Below, piece by piece: positions 1 through 13,035 of a DNA stretch of 64,000 nucleotides. Where the stretch lies: assembly GCF_009914755.1 (NCBI RefSeq), contig NC_060941.1, one strand, 5' to 3'. A program made the position numbers and the translations under genes. The notes below the pieces were generated by a model, which saw nothing but the letters and a program-made list of their open reading frames with translations, did not search any database and was not told where the DNA came from. This DNA comes from the human T2T-CHM13v2.0 reference genome, Homo sapiens. The stretch's first letter is position 1; the number at the start of each line of letters is the position of its first letter.

Positions 1-1795
1 CAAACCGAGTGGAATGGAATGGAATGGAATGGAATGGAAGGGAATGGAATTCAATGGAATGAAATCAAACTGCGGAACGGAATGGAATGGAGAGGAATGG
101 AATAATCTCGAGTGCAATGGAATGCAATGGAATGGAATGGAATGGAATCAACCCGAGTGGAATGGAATGGAATGGAATGGGATGGAATCAACCCGAGTGG
201 AATGGAATGGAATGGAATGGAATGGAATCAAAACGAGTGGAATGGAGTGGAATGGAATGGAATGGAATGAAATGGAATGGAATGGAATGGAAAGGAATCA
301 ACCCAAGTGGAATGGAGTGGAATGGAAAGGAATGGAACGGAATCAAATGGAATCAACTGGAATGGAATGGAATGGAATCAACCCGAGTGGAATGGAATAG
401 AATGGAATGGAATGGAATGGAATGGAAGGGAATGGAATGGAATGCAATGTAATGGAATGGAATGGAAGGGAATGGAATGGAATGCAATGGAATGGAGGGG
501 AATGGAAATGAATGGAATGGCATGGAATGGAATGGAATCAACACAAGTGGAATGGAATGGAATGGAAAGGAATGCAATCAAATTGAGTGAAATGGAATGG
601 AATGGAAAAGAATGAAATCAATACAAGTGGAATGGATTGGAATGGAAAGGAATGGCATCAGATGGAATCAATCCGAGTGGAATGGAATGGAATGGAATGG
701 AACGGAACGGAATGGAATTGAATGGAATGCAAAGGAATGGAATGGAATGCAATGGAATGGATTCAACTCGAGTGGAATGGAATGGAATGGAATGGAATGG
801 ATTGCAATGCAATCAACCCGAGGGGAATGGAATGGAATGGAATGGAATGGAATCCATTGGAATGGAATAGAATGGAATAGCATGGAATGCAATGGAATGG
901 AATGGAATGGAATCAACCAGAGTGGAGAGGAATGGAATGGAATGGAATGAAATGGAATGGAATAGAGTGGAATGGAATGGAATGGAGTGGAATGGAATGG
1001 AATGGAATGAAATGGAATGGAATGGAATGAAATGGAATGGAATGGAATGCAATGGAATGGAGTGGAATGGAATGGAATGAAATGGAATGGAATGGAATGC
1101 AATGGAATGGAGTGGAATGGAATGGAATGAAATGGAATGGAATGGAATGCAATGGAATGGAGTGGAATGGAATGGAATGGAATAGAATGGAATGGAATCA
1201 ACCCGAGTGGAATGGAATGGAATGGAATGGAATGGAATGGAATCCACTGGAATGGAATGGAATAGCATGGAATGCAATGGAACGGAAAGGAATGGAATCA
1301 ACCCGAGTGGAGTGGAATGGAATGGAATGGATTGGAATGGAGTGGAATGGAATGGAATGGAATGAAATGGAATGGAATGGAGTGGAATGGAATGGAATGG
1401 AATGGATTGAAATGGAATGGAATGGAATGCAATGGAATGGAGTGGAATGGAATGGAATGGAATGGAATGGAATCAACCCGAGTGGAACGGAATGGAATGG
1501 AATGGAATCCATTGGAATGGAATGGAATAGCATGGAATGCAATGGAAAGGAATGCAATGGAATCAACCCGAGTGGAGTGGAATGGAATGGAATGGAATGA
1601 AATGGAATGGAATGGAATGCAATGGAATGGACTGGAATGGAATGGAATGGAATGGAATCAACCCGAGTGGAATGGTTTGGAATGGAACGGAATGGAATAA
1701 AACGAGCGGAATGGAATGGAATGGAATGGAATGGAATGGAATCAAGTGGAAAGGAATGGAATGGAATTCAACAGAATGAAATTAAACCGAGTGGA

Positions 1796-1840
1796 ATGTA
1801 ATGTAATGTAATGTAATGTAATGTAATGTAATGTAATGTA
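1796..1840 (+). repeat. Pure (ATGTA)9 variant-pentamer tract
   Basis: Nine perfect ATGTA units directly after CCGAGTGGA. Confidence 0.95.
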
Positions 1841-2240
1841 ATCAACTCGAAAGGAATGGAATGGAATTCAACGGAATGTAATCAAACCGAGTGGAATGGA
1901 ATGGAATGGAATGAAATGGTACGGAATGGAATCAAGACAAGTGGAATGGAATGGAATGAAATGGTATGGAATGGAATCAACACAAGTGGAATGAAATAGA
2001 ATGGAATGGAATCGAATGTAATGGAATGCAATGGGATGGAATAAACCCCAGTGGAATGGAATGGAACAGTATGTAGCAGAATGGAATGGAATTGAATGGA
2101 ATGGAATCAACTCGAATGGAATGAAATGGAATGGAATGGAATGGAATGGAATGGAATCAACACGAGTGGAATGCAGTGGAATAGAATGGAATGGAATGGA
2201 ATCAACCCGAGTGGAATGGAATGGAATGGAATCAACCCGA

Positions 2241-2265
2241 GTGGAGTGGAGTGGAGTGGAGTGGA
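2241..2265 (+). repeat. (GTGGA)5 variant-pentamer tract
   Basis: GTGGA x5 directly after ATCAACCCGA. Confidence 0.9.
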
Positions 2266-5200
2266 ATGGAATGCAATGGAATGGAATGGAAAGGAATGGC
2301 ATTGAATCAACTGGAATGGAATGGCATGCAATGGAATGGAATGGAATAGAATGGAATTGAATCATCTGGAATGGAATTGAAGGCAATGGAATGGAATGGG
2401 ATGAAATGGTATCAATCCGAGTGAAATGGAATGGAATGGAATGGAATGGAATGGAATGAACTGGAATGGAATGGAATGGAATGGAAAAGAGAGGAATTGA
2501 ATCAACTAGAGTGGAATGGAATGGAATGGAATGGAATGGAATGGAATCAACCCGATTAGAGTGGAGTGGATTGGAGTGGAGTGTAATGGAATGGAATGGA
2601 ATGGAACGGAATGGAATGGAATCAACCCGAGTGGAATGGAGTGGAATGGAATGGAATGAAATGGAAGGAAATGAACTGGAATAGAATGGAATGGAATGGA
2701 ATCAAACCGAGTGTAGTGGAATGGAATGTAATGGAATGCAAAGAAATGCAGTGGAATGGAATGGAATGGAATCAACGCGAGTGGAATGGAATGGCAAGGA
2801 ATGCAATAGAAAGGAATGGAATGGAATTGAATGGAATCAACCAGAGTGGAATGGAATACAATGGAATGGAGTAGAATGGAATGGAATGGAATAGAATGGA
2901 ATTGAATCAACTGGAATGGAATGGAATGGAATGGAATCAAACCAAGAGAAAAGGAATGGAATGGAATTGAATGGAATGCGATGGAATGGAATTGAATGGA
3001 ATGGAATTGAATGAAGATGAGAGGAATAGAATGGAATGGAATGGCACAGAGTGGAATTGAATAAACAAGAGTGGAATGGAATGGAATGGAATAGAATGGA
3101 GTAGAATGGAATTGAATGAACTGGAATGGAATGGAATGGAGTGGAAAGGAATGGAAATTAATGGAATGAAATCAACCCAATTGTAATGGAATGGAATGGA
3201 TTGGAATGGAATTTAATGGAATGGAATCGAATGGAATCGAATGGAATTAAATCAACAGGAATGGAGTGGAGTGAAATAGAATGGAATGGAATGCAATTGA
3301 ATAAACCCGAGTGGAATGGAATGGAATGGAAAAGAATAGAATGGTACTGTAACAACCCAAGAGGAATGGAGTGGAATGGAATGGAATGGAATTGAATGGA
3401 ATGGAACGGAATAGAAACAACCTGAGTGGAATGAAATGGAATGGAATGGAATGGAATCAACCTGAGTGGAATGGAATGGAATGGAATGGAATCAAATGGA
3501 ATGGAATGGAATCAACCTGAGAGGAATGGAATGCAATCATATGGAAAGGAATGGAATGGAAAGGAATGGAATGGAATGTAATCAACCCGAGTGGAGCGGA
3601 GTGCAGTGGAGTGGAGAAAAGTGGATTGGAAAGGAATGGAATGGAATGGTATGGAATAAACCCAAGTGGAATGGATTGGAATGGAATGGAATTCAATGGA
3701 ATGGAATCAAACCGAGTGGAATGGAATGGAATAGAATGGAAGGGAATGGAATCAAACGGAGGGGAATGGAATGGATTGAAATGGATTGGAATGGAAGGTA
3801 ATGGAATGGAATGGATGGGAATGGGATGGAACCAACCCTAATGGAATGGAATGGAATGGAATGGAAGGGAAAGGAATGGAATCAACACGAGTAGAATGAA
3901 ATGGAATGGAATGGAATGGAATGGAATCAACCCGAGTGGCATGGAAAGGAATGGAATGCAATGGACTATAATGTAATCAACTGGAATGGAATGGAATGGA
4001 ATGCAATGGAATGGAATGGATTGGAATGGAATCAACCTGAGTGGAGTGGAATGGAATGGAATGGAATGGAATGGAATTAACGCGAGTGGAATGGAATGGA
4101 ATGGAATGCAGTGGAATGGAATGGAACGGAAGAAACCTGAGTGAAATGGAATGGAATGGATTGGAATGGAAGGGAATGGAATGGAATGGAATAAACCCGA
4201 ATGGAATGGAATGGAATGGAATGGAATGCAATAGAATCAACCCGAGTGGAGTGGAATGGAACGGAAAGGAATGGAATGGAATGGAATGGAATAGAATCAA
4301 CCCGAGTGGAATGGAATGGCATGGAATGGAATGGAACGGAATGGAATGGAATGGAACGGTATCAACACATTTGGAACGGAATGGAATGGAATGGAATAGA
4401 ATGGAATCAACCCCAGTGGAGTGGAATGGAATGGAATGGCACGGAATTGAATGCTATGGAATGCAAGGGAATCAGCCCGATTTTAATGGAATGGAATGGA
4501 ATGAAATGGAATGGAACGGAATCCACCCGAGTGGAATGGAATGGAATTGATTGGAATGGGAAGGAACCAACCCTAGTGGAATGGATTGGAATGGAATGGA
4601 ACGGAATGGAATGGAATTAACTCGAGTGGAATGGAATTTAAGGGAATGGAATGGAATAGAATGCAAAGGAATGGAAAGGATTTGAATGGAATCAACAGGA
4701 ATAGAGTGGAATGGAATGGAATGCAATGTAACGGAATGGATTGGAATGGCATGGAATGGTATGGAATGCAATGGAATGGAGTGGAATGGAATGGAATGGA
4801 ATGGAATGGAATGGAAGGGAATGGAGTCAACCCGAGTGATATGGAATGGAATGGAATGGAGTGGAATGGAATGGAATGGAATGGAATCAACGCGAATGGA
4901 ATGGAATGGAATGGAATTCAATAGAATGGAATTTAATGGAATGGAATTGAACGGAATGGAATCAACCGGAGTGGAATGGAATGGAATGGAATGGAATCAA
5001 CCGAGTGAAATGAAATGGAATGGAATGGAATGGAATGGAATCAACGCGAGTGGAATGGAATGGAATGGAATGGAATGGAATGGAATCAACCCGAGTGGAA
5101 AGGAAAGGAATGGAACGGAACGGAAAGGAACGGAATGGAATGGAATGGAATCAACCCAAGAGGAATGGAATTGAATGGAATGGAATGCACCCAACCCGAG

Positions 5201-5505
5201 TGGAGTGGAACTGAATGGAATGGAATGGAAAGGAATGGAATGGAATGGAAAATAATGCAATGGAATGGAATCAACCCGAGTGGAATGGAATGGAAAGGAA
5301 TCGAATGGGATCTACCCGAGTGGATTGGAACGGAATGGAATGCAGAGGAATGGAATGGAATCAACACGAGCGGAATTGAAAGGAATGGAATGGAATTAAA
5401 TGGAAGGGAATGGAATGGAATTGAATGAAATTGAATGGATTGGAATGGAATGGAATGGATTCAACACGAGTGTAATGGAATGGAATGGAATGAAACTGAG
5501 TGGAA

Positions 5506-5550
5506 TGTAATATAATGTAATGTAATGTAATGTAATGTAATGTAATGTAA
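5506..5550 (+). repeat. (TGTAA)9 tract with one TATAA variant
   Basis: TGTAA TATAA (TGTAA)7 directly after CTGAGTGGAA. Confidence 0.93.
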
Positions 5551-6085
5551 TGGAATGGAATGGAATGGAATGGAATGTAATGGAATGGAATGGAATGGAA
5601 TTGAATCAATCCGAGAGAATGGATTGAAACGGAATGGACTGGAATTGAATGGAATGGAATGGAATGGAAAACTCGAGTGGAATGGAATGGAATGGAGTGG
5701 CATGTAAAGTAATGGAATGGAACAGAATGGAATCACCCGGAGTGGAATGGAATGGAATGGATTGGAATGGAATGGAATAGAATGGAATTGAATCAATCCG
5801 AGTGGAATGAAATGAAATGGAATGGAATTGAATGGAGTGGAACGCAATGGAAAGGAATCAGCTGGAATGGAATGTAATGGAATGGAATGGAATGGAATAG
5901 AATGGAATTGAAACAACTGGAATGCAATGGAATGGAATGGAATGGAATGGAATGGAATGGAATGGATTCAAACCGAGAGAAATGGAATGTAATGGAATGG
6001 AATTGAATGGAATGGAATGGAATTGAATGGAATGGAACTGAATCAACTGGAATGGAATGGAATGGAATTGAATGAACCTGAGTGG

Positions 6086-6120
6086 AATGTAATGTAATGT
6101 AATGTAATGTAATGTAATGT
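6086..6120 (+). repeat. Pure (AATGT)7 tract
   Basis: Seven perfect units after CCTGAGTGG. Confidence 0.93.
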
Positions 6121-6476
6121 AATGGAATGGAATGGAATTGAATGGAACAGAATGGAATTGAATCAACGTGAGTGGAATGGAATGGATTGCAATGGAATGG
6201 AATGGACTGGAATGGAATGGAATGGAATAGAAAGCATTGAATCAACTGGAATGGAATGGAATGGAATGGAATTTAGTGGAATAGAGTGGAATTGATTCAC
6301 CTGGAATGGAATGTAAAGGAATGGAATGGACTGGAATTTAATCAACTGGAAAGGAATGAAATGGAATAGAATGGAATTGAATCACCTGGAATGGATTGGA
6401 ATGGCATGGAAAGGAATGGAATGGAATGGAATGGAATGGAATAGAATAGAATTTAATTGATTCAACCTGAGTGGAA

Positions 6477-6526
6477 TGTAATGTAATGTAATGTAATGTA
6501 ATGTAATGTAATGTAATGTAATGTAA
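6477..6526 (+). repeat. Pure (TGTAA)10 tract
   Basis: Ten perfect units between CAACCTGAGTGGAA and TAGGATGGAA. Confidence 0.95.
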
Positions 6527-8610
6527 TAGGATGGAATTGAATCATCCCGAGTGGAATGGAATGGAATGGAATGGAATGGAAAGGAATCTACATGAGAGGA
6601 ATGGAAAGGAATTGAATGGAGTGGAGTGGAGTGGAATGGAATGTAAAGGAAAGGAATTGAATGGAGTGGAATGCAATGGAATGGAATGGAATGGAATCAA
6701 CCCGAGTGCAAACCAATGGAATGGAGTGGAATGGAATGGAAAGGAACAGAATGGGATGAAATGGAATGGAATCTACCCGAGTGCAGTGGAATGTAATGGA
6801 ATGGTGTGGAATGGAATGGAATGGAATCAACCAGAATGGAATGGAATGGAATGGTATGTAATAGAATGGAATGGAATGGAATTAAATCAAACCGTGTGGA
6901 ATGGAATGGAATGGAATGGAATAGTATGGAATTGAGTCAATCCGTGGGGAATGCAATGGAATGGAATGGAATGGAATGGAATGGAATTTAATCAACCCGA
7001 GTGGAATGGAATGGAAAGGATTGGAGTGGAGTGGAATGGACTAGAATGGAATGGAATGGAATTCAATGAAATGGAATGGAATAACCCCGAGTGGAATGTA
7101 ACGTAATGCAATGGAATGAAATGGAATGAAATGGAATAGCAAGGAATTGAATCAACTCGTGTGGAAAGGAATGAAATGGAATGGAATGGAATAGAATGGA
7201 ATTGAACCAACCTGAAATGAATGGAATGGAATGGAATGGAATGGAATGGAATGGAATGGAATGGGTGGGAATGGGATGGAACCAACCCAAATGGAATGGA
7301 ATGGAATGGAATGGAAGGGAAAGGAATGGAATCAACACGAGTAGAATGAAATGGAATGGAATGGAATGGAATCAACCCGAGTCGAATGGAAAGGAATGGA
7401 ATGCAATGGACTATAATGTGATCAACTGGAATGGAATGGAATGGAATGCAATGGAATGGAATGGATTGGAATGGAACCAACCTGATTGGAGTGGAATGGA
7501 ATGGAATGGAATGGAACGGAATGGAATGGAATGGAATGGAATGCAGTGGAATGGAATGGAACGGAAACAACCCGTGTGAAATGGAATGGAATGGAATGGA
7601 ATGGAACGGAATGGAATGGAATGGAATGGAATAAACCCGAATGGAATGGAATGGAATGTAATGGAATGCAATAGAATCAACCCGAGTGGAGTGGAATGGA
7701 ATGGAAAGGAATGGAATGGAATGGAATGGAATGGAATCAACCCGAGTGGAATGGAATGGCATGGAATGGAATGGAACGGAATGGAATGGAATGGAACGGT
7801 ATCAACCCAAGTGGAATGGAATGGAATGGAATGGAATAGAATGGAATCAACCCTAGTGGAGTGGAATGGAATGGAATGGAATGGAAGGGAATGGAATCAA
7901 CCCGACTGATATGGAATGGAATGGAATGGAGTGGAATGGAATGGAATGTAATGGAATGGAATCAACGCGAGTGGAATGGAATGGAATGGAATTCAATTGA
8001 ATGGAATTTAATGGAATGAAATTGAACGGAATGGAATCAACCGGAGTGGAATCGAATGGAATGGAATCAACCGAGTGAAATGAAATGGAATGGAATGGAA
8101 TCAACCTGAGTGGAATGGAATGGAAAGAAATGGAATGGAATGGAATGGAATGGAATGGAATGGAATGGAATGGAATCAACCCGAGTGGAATGGAATGGAA
8201 TGGAACGGAACAGAAAGGAACGGAATGGTATGGAATGGAATCAACCCAAGAGGAATGGAATTGAATGGAATGGAATGCACCCAATCCGAGTGGAGTGAAA
8301 TGGAATGGAATGGAATGGAAAGGAATGGAATGGAATGGAAAATAATGCAATGGAATGGAATCAACCCGAATGGAATGGAATGGAAAGGAATGGAACGGGA
8401 TCAACCCGAGTGGATTGGAATGGAATGGAATGCAGAGGAATGGAATGGAATCAACATGAGCAGAATTGAAAGGAATGGAATGGAATTAAATGGAATGGAA
8501 TGGAGTGCAATAGGAATGGAATTGAATCATCCCGAGTGGAATGGAATGGATTGGAATGGAATGGAATCTACACGAGAGGAATGGAATGGAATGGAATGGA
8601 ATGAATTGGA

Positions 8611-8762
8611 ATGGAATCAACCGGAGTGCAGTAGAATGAAATGGAATGGAATCAACCGGAATGCAGTGGAATGGAATGGAATGGAATGAAATGGAATGGA
8701 ATCAACCGGAGTGCAGTAGAATGAAATGGAATGGAATCAACCGGAATGCAGTGGAATGGAAT
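8611..8762 (+). repeat. Local 85-bp-period tandem duplication
   Basis: ATCAACCGGAGTGCAGTAGAATGAAATGG...CAACCGGAATGCAGTGG occurs at 8616 and 8701. Confidence 0.88.
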
Positions 8763-9780
8763 GTAATGGTGTGGAATGGAATGGAATGCAATGGAATCAA
8801 CCAGAATGGAATGGAATGGAATGGTATAGAATAAAATGGAATGGAATGGAATTAAATCAACCTGTGTGGAATGCAATGGAATGGAATAGAATGGAATTGA
8901 GTCAATCCGAGGGGAATGCAATGGAATGGAATGGAATGGAATGGAATGGAATGGAATTTAATCAACCCGAGTCGAATGGAATGGAACGGATTGGAGTGGA
9001 GTGGAATGGAGTGGAATGGAATGGAATGGAATGGAATGCAACGGAATGGAATGGAATAAACCCGAGTGGAATGTAATGTAATGCAATGGGATGAAATGGA
9101 ATGAAATGGAAAAGCAAGGAATTGAATCAACCCGTGTGGAAAGGAATGAAATGGAATGGAATGGAATAGAATGGAATTGAACCAACCCGAAATGAATGGA
9201 ATGGAATGGAATGGAATCAACCCGAGAGGAATGGAATGGAATTGAATGGAATGGAATGGAATGGAATTGAACGGAATGGAATGGAACAGAATTGAATTTA
9301 ATCAATCCGAGTGCAATGGAATAGAACACATTGGAATAGAGTGGAATGGAAAGGAAAGGAATTGAATGGAATGGAATAAAATGGAATCAACCCGAGTGGA
9401 AGGGAATGGAATGTAATGGAATGCAAAGGAATGGAATGGAATGGAATGGAATGGAATGGAAAAGAATGGAATTGAATCAACTGGAATGGAATGGAATGGA
9501 ATGGAATCAACCCGAGTGGAATGGAATGGAATGGAATGGAATGGAATGAAATGGAAGAGAATGGAAATGAATACACCCGAGTGGAATGGAATGGAATGGA
9601 CTGGAATGGAATGGAAAAGAATGGAACTGAATCAATTGGAATGGAATGGAATGGAATGGAATGGAATAGAAGAGAATTGAATCAACTGGAATGGAATAGA
9701 ATGGAATGGAATTGAATTGACTCAACTGGAAGGGAATGGAAAGGAATAGAATGGAACTCAATCAACTGGGATGGAATGGA

Positions 9781-9805
9781 CTGGACTGGACTGGACTGGA
9801 CTGGA
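9781..9805 (+). repeat. (CTGGA)5 variant-pentamer tract
   Basis: CTGGA x5, perfect. Confidence 0.9.
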
Positions 9806-12800
9806 ATGGAATGGAATGGAATAGATTGGAACCGAATCAACCCTAATGGAATGGATTGGAATGGCATGGAATGGAATGGAACGGAATGGAATGGATTTGA
9901 ATCAACCCGAGTGGAACGGAATGGAATGGAAGGGAATGGAATGGAATGCAATAGAATGGAATTGAATCAACACGAGTGGAATGGAATGGAATGGAATGGA
10001 ATGGAATCAACACGAGTGGAATGGAATGGATTGGAGTGGCGTGGAATGGAATGGAATGGAATGGAATGGAGTGGAAGGGAATGGAATGGAATGGAATGGA
10101 ATGGAATGGAGTCGAATGGAATGGAATGGAATGGAAAAGAGTGAAACGGAATGGAATGGAATTAACCCGAGTGGAAAGGGATGGAATGGAGTGGAATGGA
10201 ATGGAAGGGAATTCAATGGAAAGGAATGGAACCAACCTGAGTGGAGTGGAATGGAATGGAATGGAATGGAACAGAATGGAAGGGAATCAACCAGAATGGA
10301 ATGGAATGGAATGGAATGGAACGGAATGGAAGGGAATCAACCAGAATGGAATGGAATGGAATTAAATCAACCCGTGTGGAATGGAATGGAATGGAATGGA
10401 ATAGGATGGAATTGAGTCAACCTTAGTGTAATATAATGCAATGCAATGGAATGGAATGGAATTGAATCAATCCGAGAGGAATGGAATGGAATGGATTGGA
10501 ATGGAATGGATTGGAAGGGAATGAAATGGAATAGAATGGAATTGAATGAACTGGAATGGAATGGAATGGATTGGAATGGAATTGAATCAACAGGAAAGGA
10601 ATGGAAAGGAATAGAATGGAATTGCATCAACTGGAATGGAATGGAATGGAATGGATTGGAATGGAATGGAATGGAATGGAATAGAATGGAACTGAATCAA
10701 CCCGAATGGAATGGATTGGAAAGGCATGGAATAGAATGGAATGGAATGGATATGAATCAACCCGAATGGAATGGAAAGGAATGAAATGGAATAGAACGGA
10801 ATGGAATGGAATGGAATGGAATCAACATGAGAGGAATGGAATGGAATGGAATGGATTGGAGTGGAGTTGAATGGAATGGAATGGAACGGAATTGAATGGA
10901 GAGGAATGGAATGGAATGGAATAGAATGGAATGGAATGGAGTGGAATGGAAAGGAATAGAATCAACCCGATTGGAAAGAAATGGAATGGAATGGAACGGA
11001 ATGGAATGGAATGGAATTTAATCAACCCGAGTGGAATGGAATGGAATGGAGTGGAGTGGAGTAGAATGGACTGGAATGGAATGGAATGGCATGGAATGCA
11101 ATGGAATGGAATGGAATCAACCCGAGTGGAATGGAATGGAATGGAATGGAATGGAATAGCATGGAGTTCAATCAACTGGAATGGAATGGAATGGAATTGA
11201 ATCAACCCTGGTGGAATGGAATGGAATTGAATAGAATCAAGTGGAATGGAATGGAATAGAATGGAATTTTAATAAACCCGAGTGAAATGGAATGGAATGG
11301 ATTGGAAAGGAATGCAAAGCAATGGAAGGGAATTGAATGGAATAGAATGGAATTGAATCATCCCAAGCGAAATGGAATAGAATGGAATGGAGTGGAATGG
11401 AACGGAATGGCATGGAACGGAACGGAACTGAACGGAAAGAAATGGAATGGAATAGAATGGAATGAAATGGAACGGAATTTAATAGAACTAACCCGTTAGG
11501 AATGGAATGGAATGGAATGGAATGGAATGGAATGGAATGGAATAGATTGGAATGGAATAGAATGAAATGGAATGGAATGGAATGGAATGGAATCAACTGG
11601 AAAGGAATGGAATGGAATGGAATAGAATGGAATGGATTTGAATGGAATAGAATCAACAGGAATGGAATGGAGTAGAATGGAATGGAATGGAATGGAATGG
11701 AATGGTATAGAACGTAATTGAAAGAATCCGAGTGGAATGGAATGGAATGGAATAGAATGGAAGAGAATGGAATTGAATCCACCCGATTGGAATGGAATGG
11801 AATGGAATGCAATGAAATGGAATGGAATGGAATGGAATGGAATCGAATACAATGGAACTGAATCAACCCGAGTGGAATGGAATGGAATGGAATGGTATGG
11901 AAAGGAATGGAATAGAATGGAATTGAATCAAATGGAATGGAATGGAATGGAATTGAATGGAATGTTATAGAATGGAATTGAATGACCTGGAATGGAATGT
12001 AATGGAAAGGAATGGAATGGAATGGAATGGAATGGAATGGAATGGAATGGCATGGAATCAACCCAAGTGGAATGCAATGGAATGGTATGGAATGGAATGG
12101 AATGGAGTAGAATGGAATTGAATCAACTGGAATGGAATTGTATGGAATGGAATGGAGTGGAATCAAATGGAATTAAATCAACCTGAGTGGAGCGGAATGG
12201 AATGCAATGGAAAGGAATGGAATGGAATGGAATAGGATGGAATTCAATCAACACGAGTGGAATGGAATGGAATGGAATGGAATGGAATATAATGGAATGG
12301 AATGGAATAGAATGGAATTGAATCAACCTGTATGGAGGGGAGTGGAATGGAATGGAATGGAATTGTATGGAATGGAATAGAATTGAATTGAATCAACTGG
12401 AATGGAATGGAATGGAATGGAATAGAATGGAATGGAATGGAATGGAATGGAATGGAATGGAATGGAATGGAATAGAATGGAATTGAATCAACCCGAGTGG
12501 AATGGAATGGAAGGGAATGGAAGGGAAGGTCAGGGAATGGAAAGGAATGGATTGGAATGGAATGGAATTGAATCAGCTGGAATGGAATGGAATGGAATTG
12601 AATCAACCCGAGTGGAATGGAATGGAATGAAATGCAATAGAATGGAATCAACCCGAGTGGAGTGGCATTGAATGGAATGGAATGGAATGGAATGGAAACT
12701 ACTGGAATGGAATGGAATGGAATGGAATCAACCTGGTGGAGTGGGATGGAATGGAATGGAATGGAATCAAATGGAATGGAATGGAATGGAATGGAATGGA

Positions 12801-13010
12801 ACGGAACGGAGTCAATCCGAGTGGAATGGAATAGAATGGAATGGAATAGAATGGAATTGGATGGAATGGAATGGAAACAACCGATTGGAATTGAATGGAA
12901 TGGAATGAACGCGAGTGGAATGTAAAGGAATGGAATGTAACGGAATGGAATGGAATGCAATGGAATGGAATCAACCCGAGTGCAATGGATTGGAAAGGAA
13001 TGGAATGGGA

Positions 13011-13035
13011 TCAAACCGAGTGGATTCCATTCCAT
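13011..13035. other. Strand-switch (inversion) junction within the satellite
   Basis: The sequence reads TCAAACCGAG-TGGATTCCA-TTCCAT. GGAAT runs end at 13024 and TTCCA runs start at 13025, with no intervening foreign DNA. Confidence 0.97.

Larger units (their letters stand above)
3790..9210 (+). repeat. Diverged tandem duplication: copy 1 ~3790-7240 (~3.45 kb), copy 2 ~7240-9210 with internal gaps
   Basis: Shared diagnostic words in the same order: GGGAATGGGATGGAACCAACCC (~3817/~7267), GGACTATAATGT (~3963/~7408), GGAACGGTATCAAC (~4353/~7793), AATAATGCAA (5251/8341), GCAAGGAATTGAATCAAC (~7139/~9114). Confidence 0.85.
1..13024 (+). repeat. HSat3/SatIII-type satellite, left arm: (GGAAT)n on the + strand
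   Basis: Continuous diverged GGAAT pentamers interrupted every few tens to ~200 bp by ATCAACCCGAGT or variants (CAACT, CAACACGAG, CAACCTGAG). This matches the classical satellite 3 consensus CAACCCGAGT(GGAAT)n. No HSat2-type TTCGATGATG units seen. The array is open at the window start. Confidence 0.97.

Noticed and set aside
1-13024. G-quadruplex or EWSR1-FLI1 (GGAA)n microsatellite signal
   Set aside because: G-runs are mostly two bases long, and the unit is the pentamer GGAAT rather than tandem GGAA.
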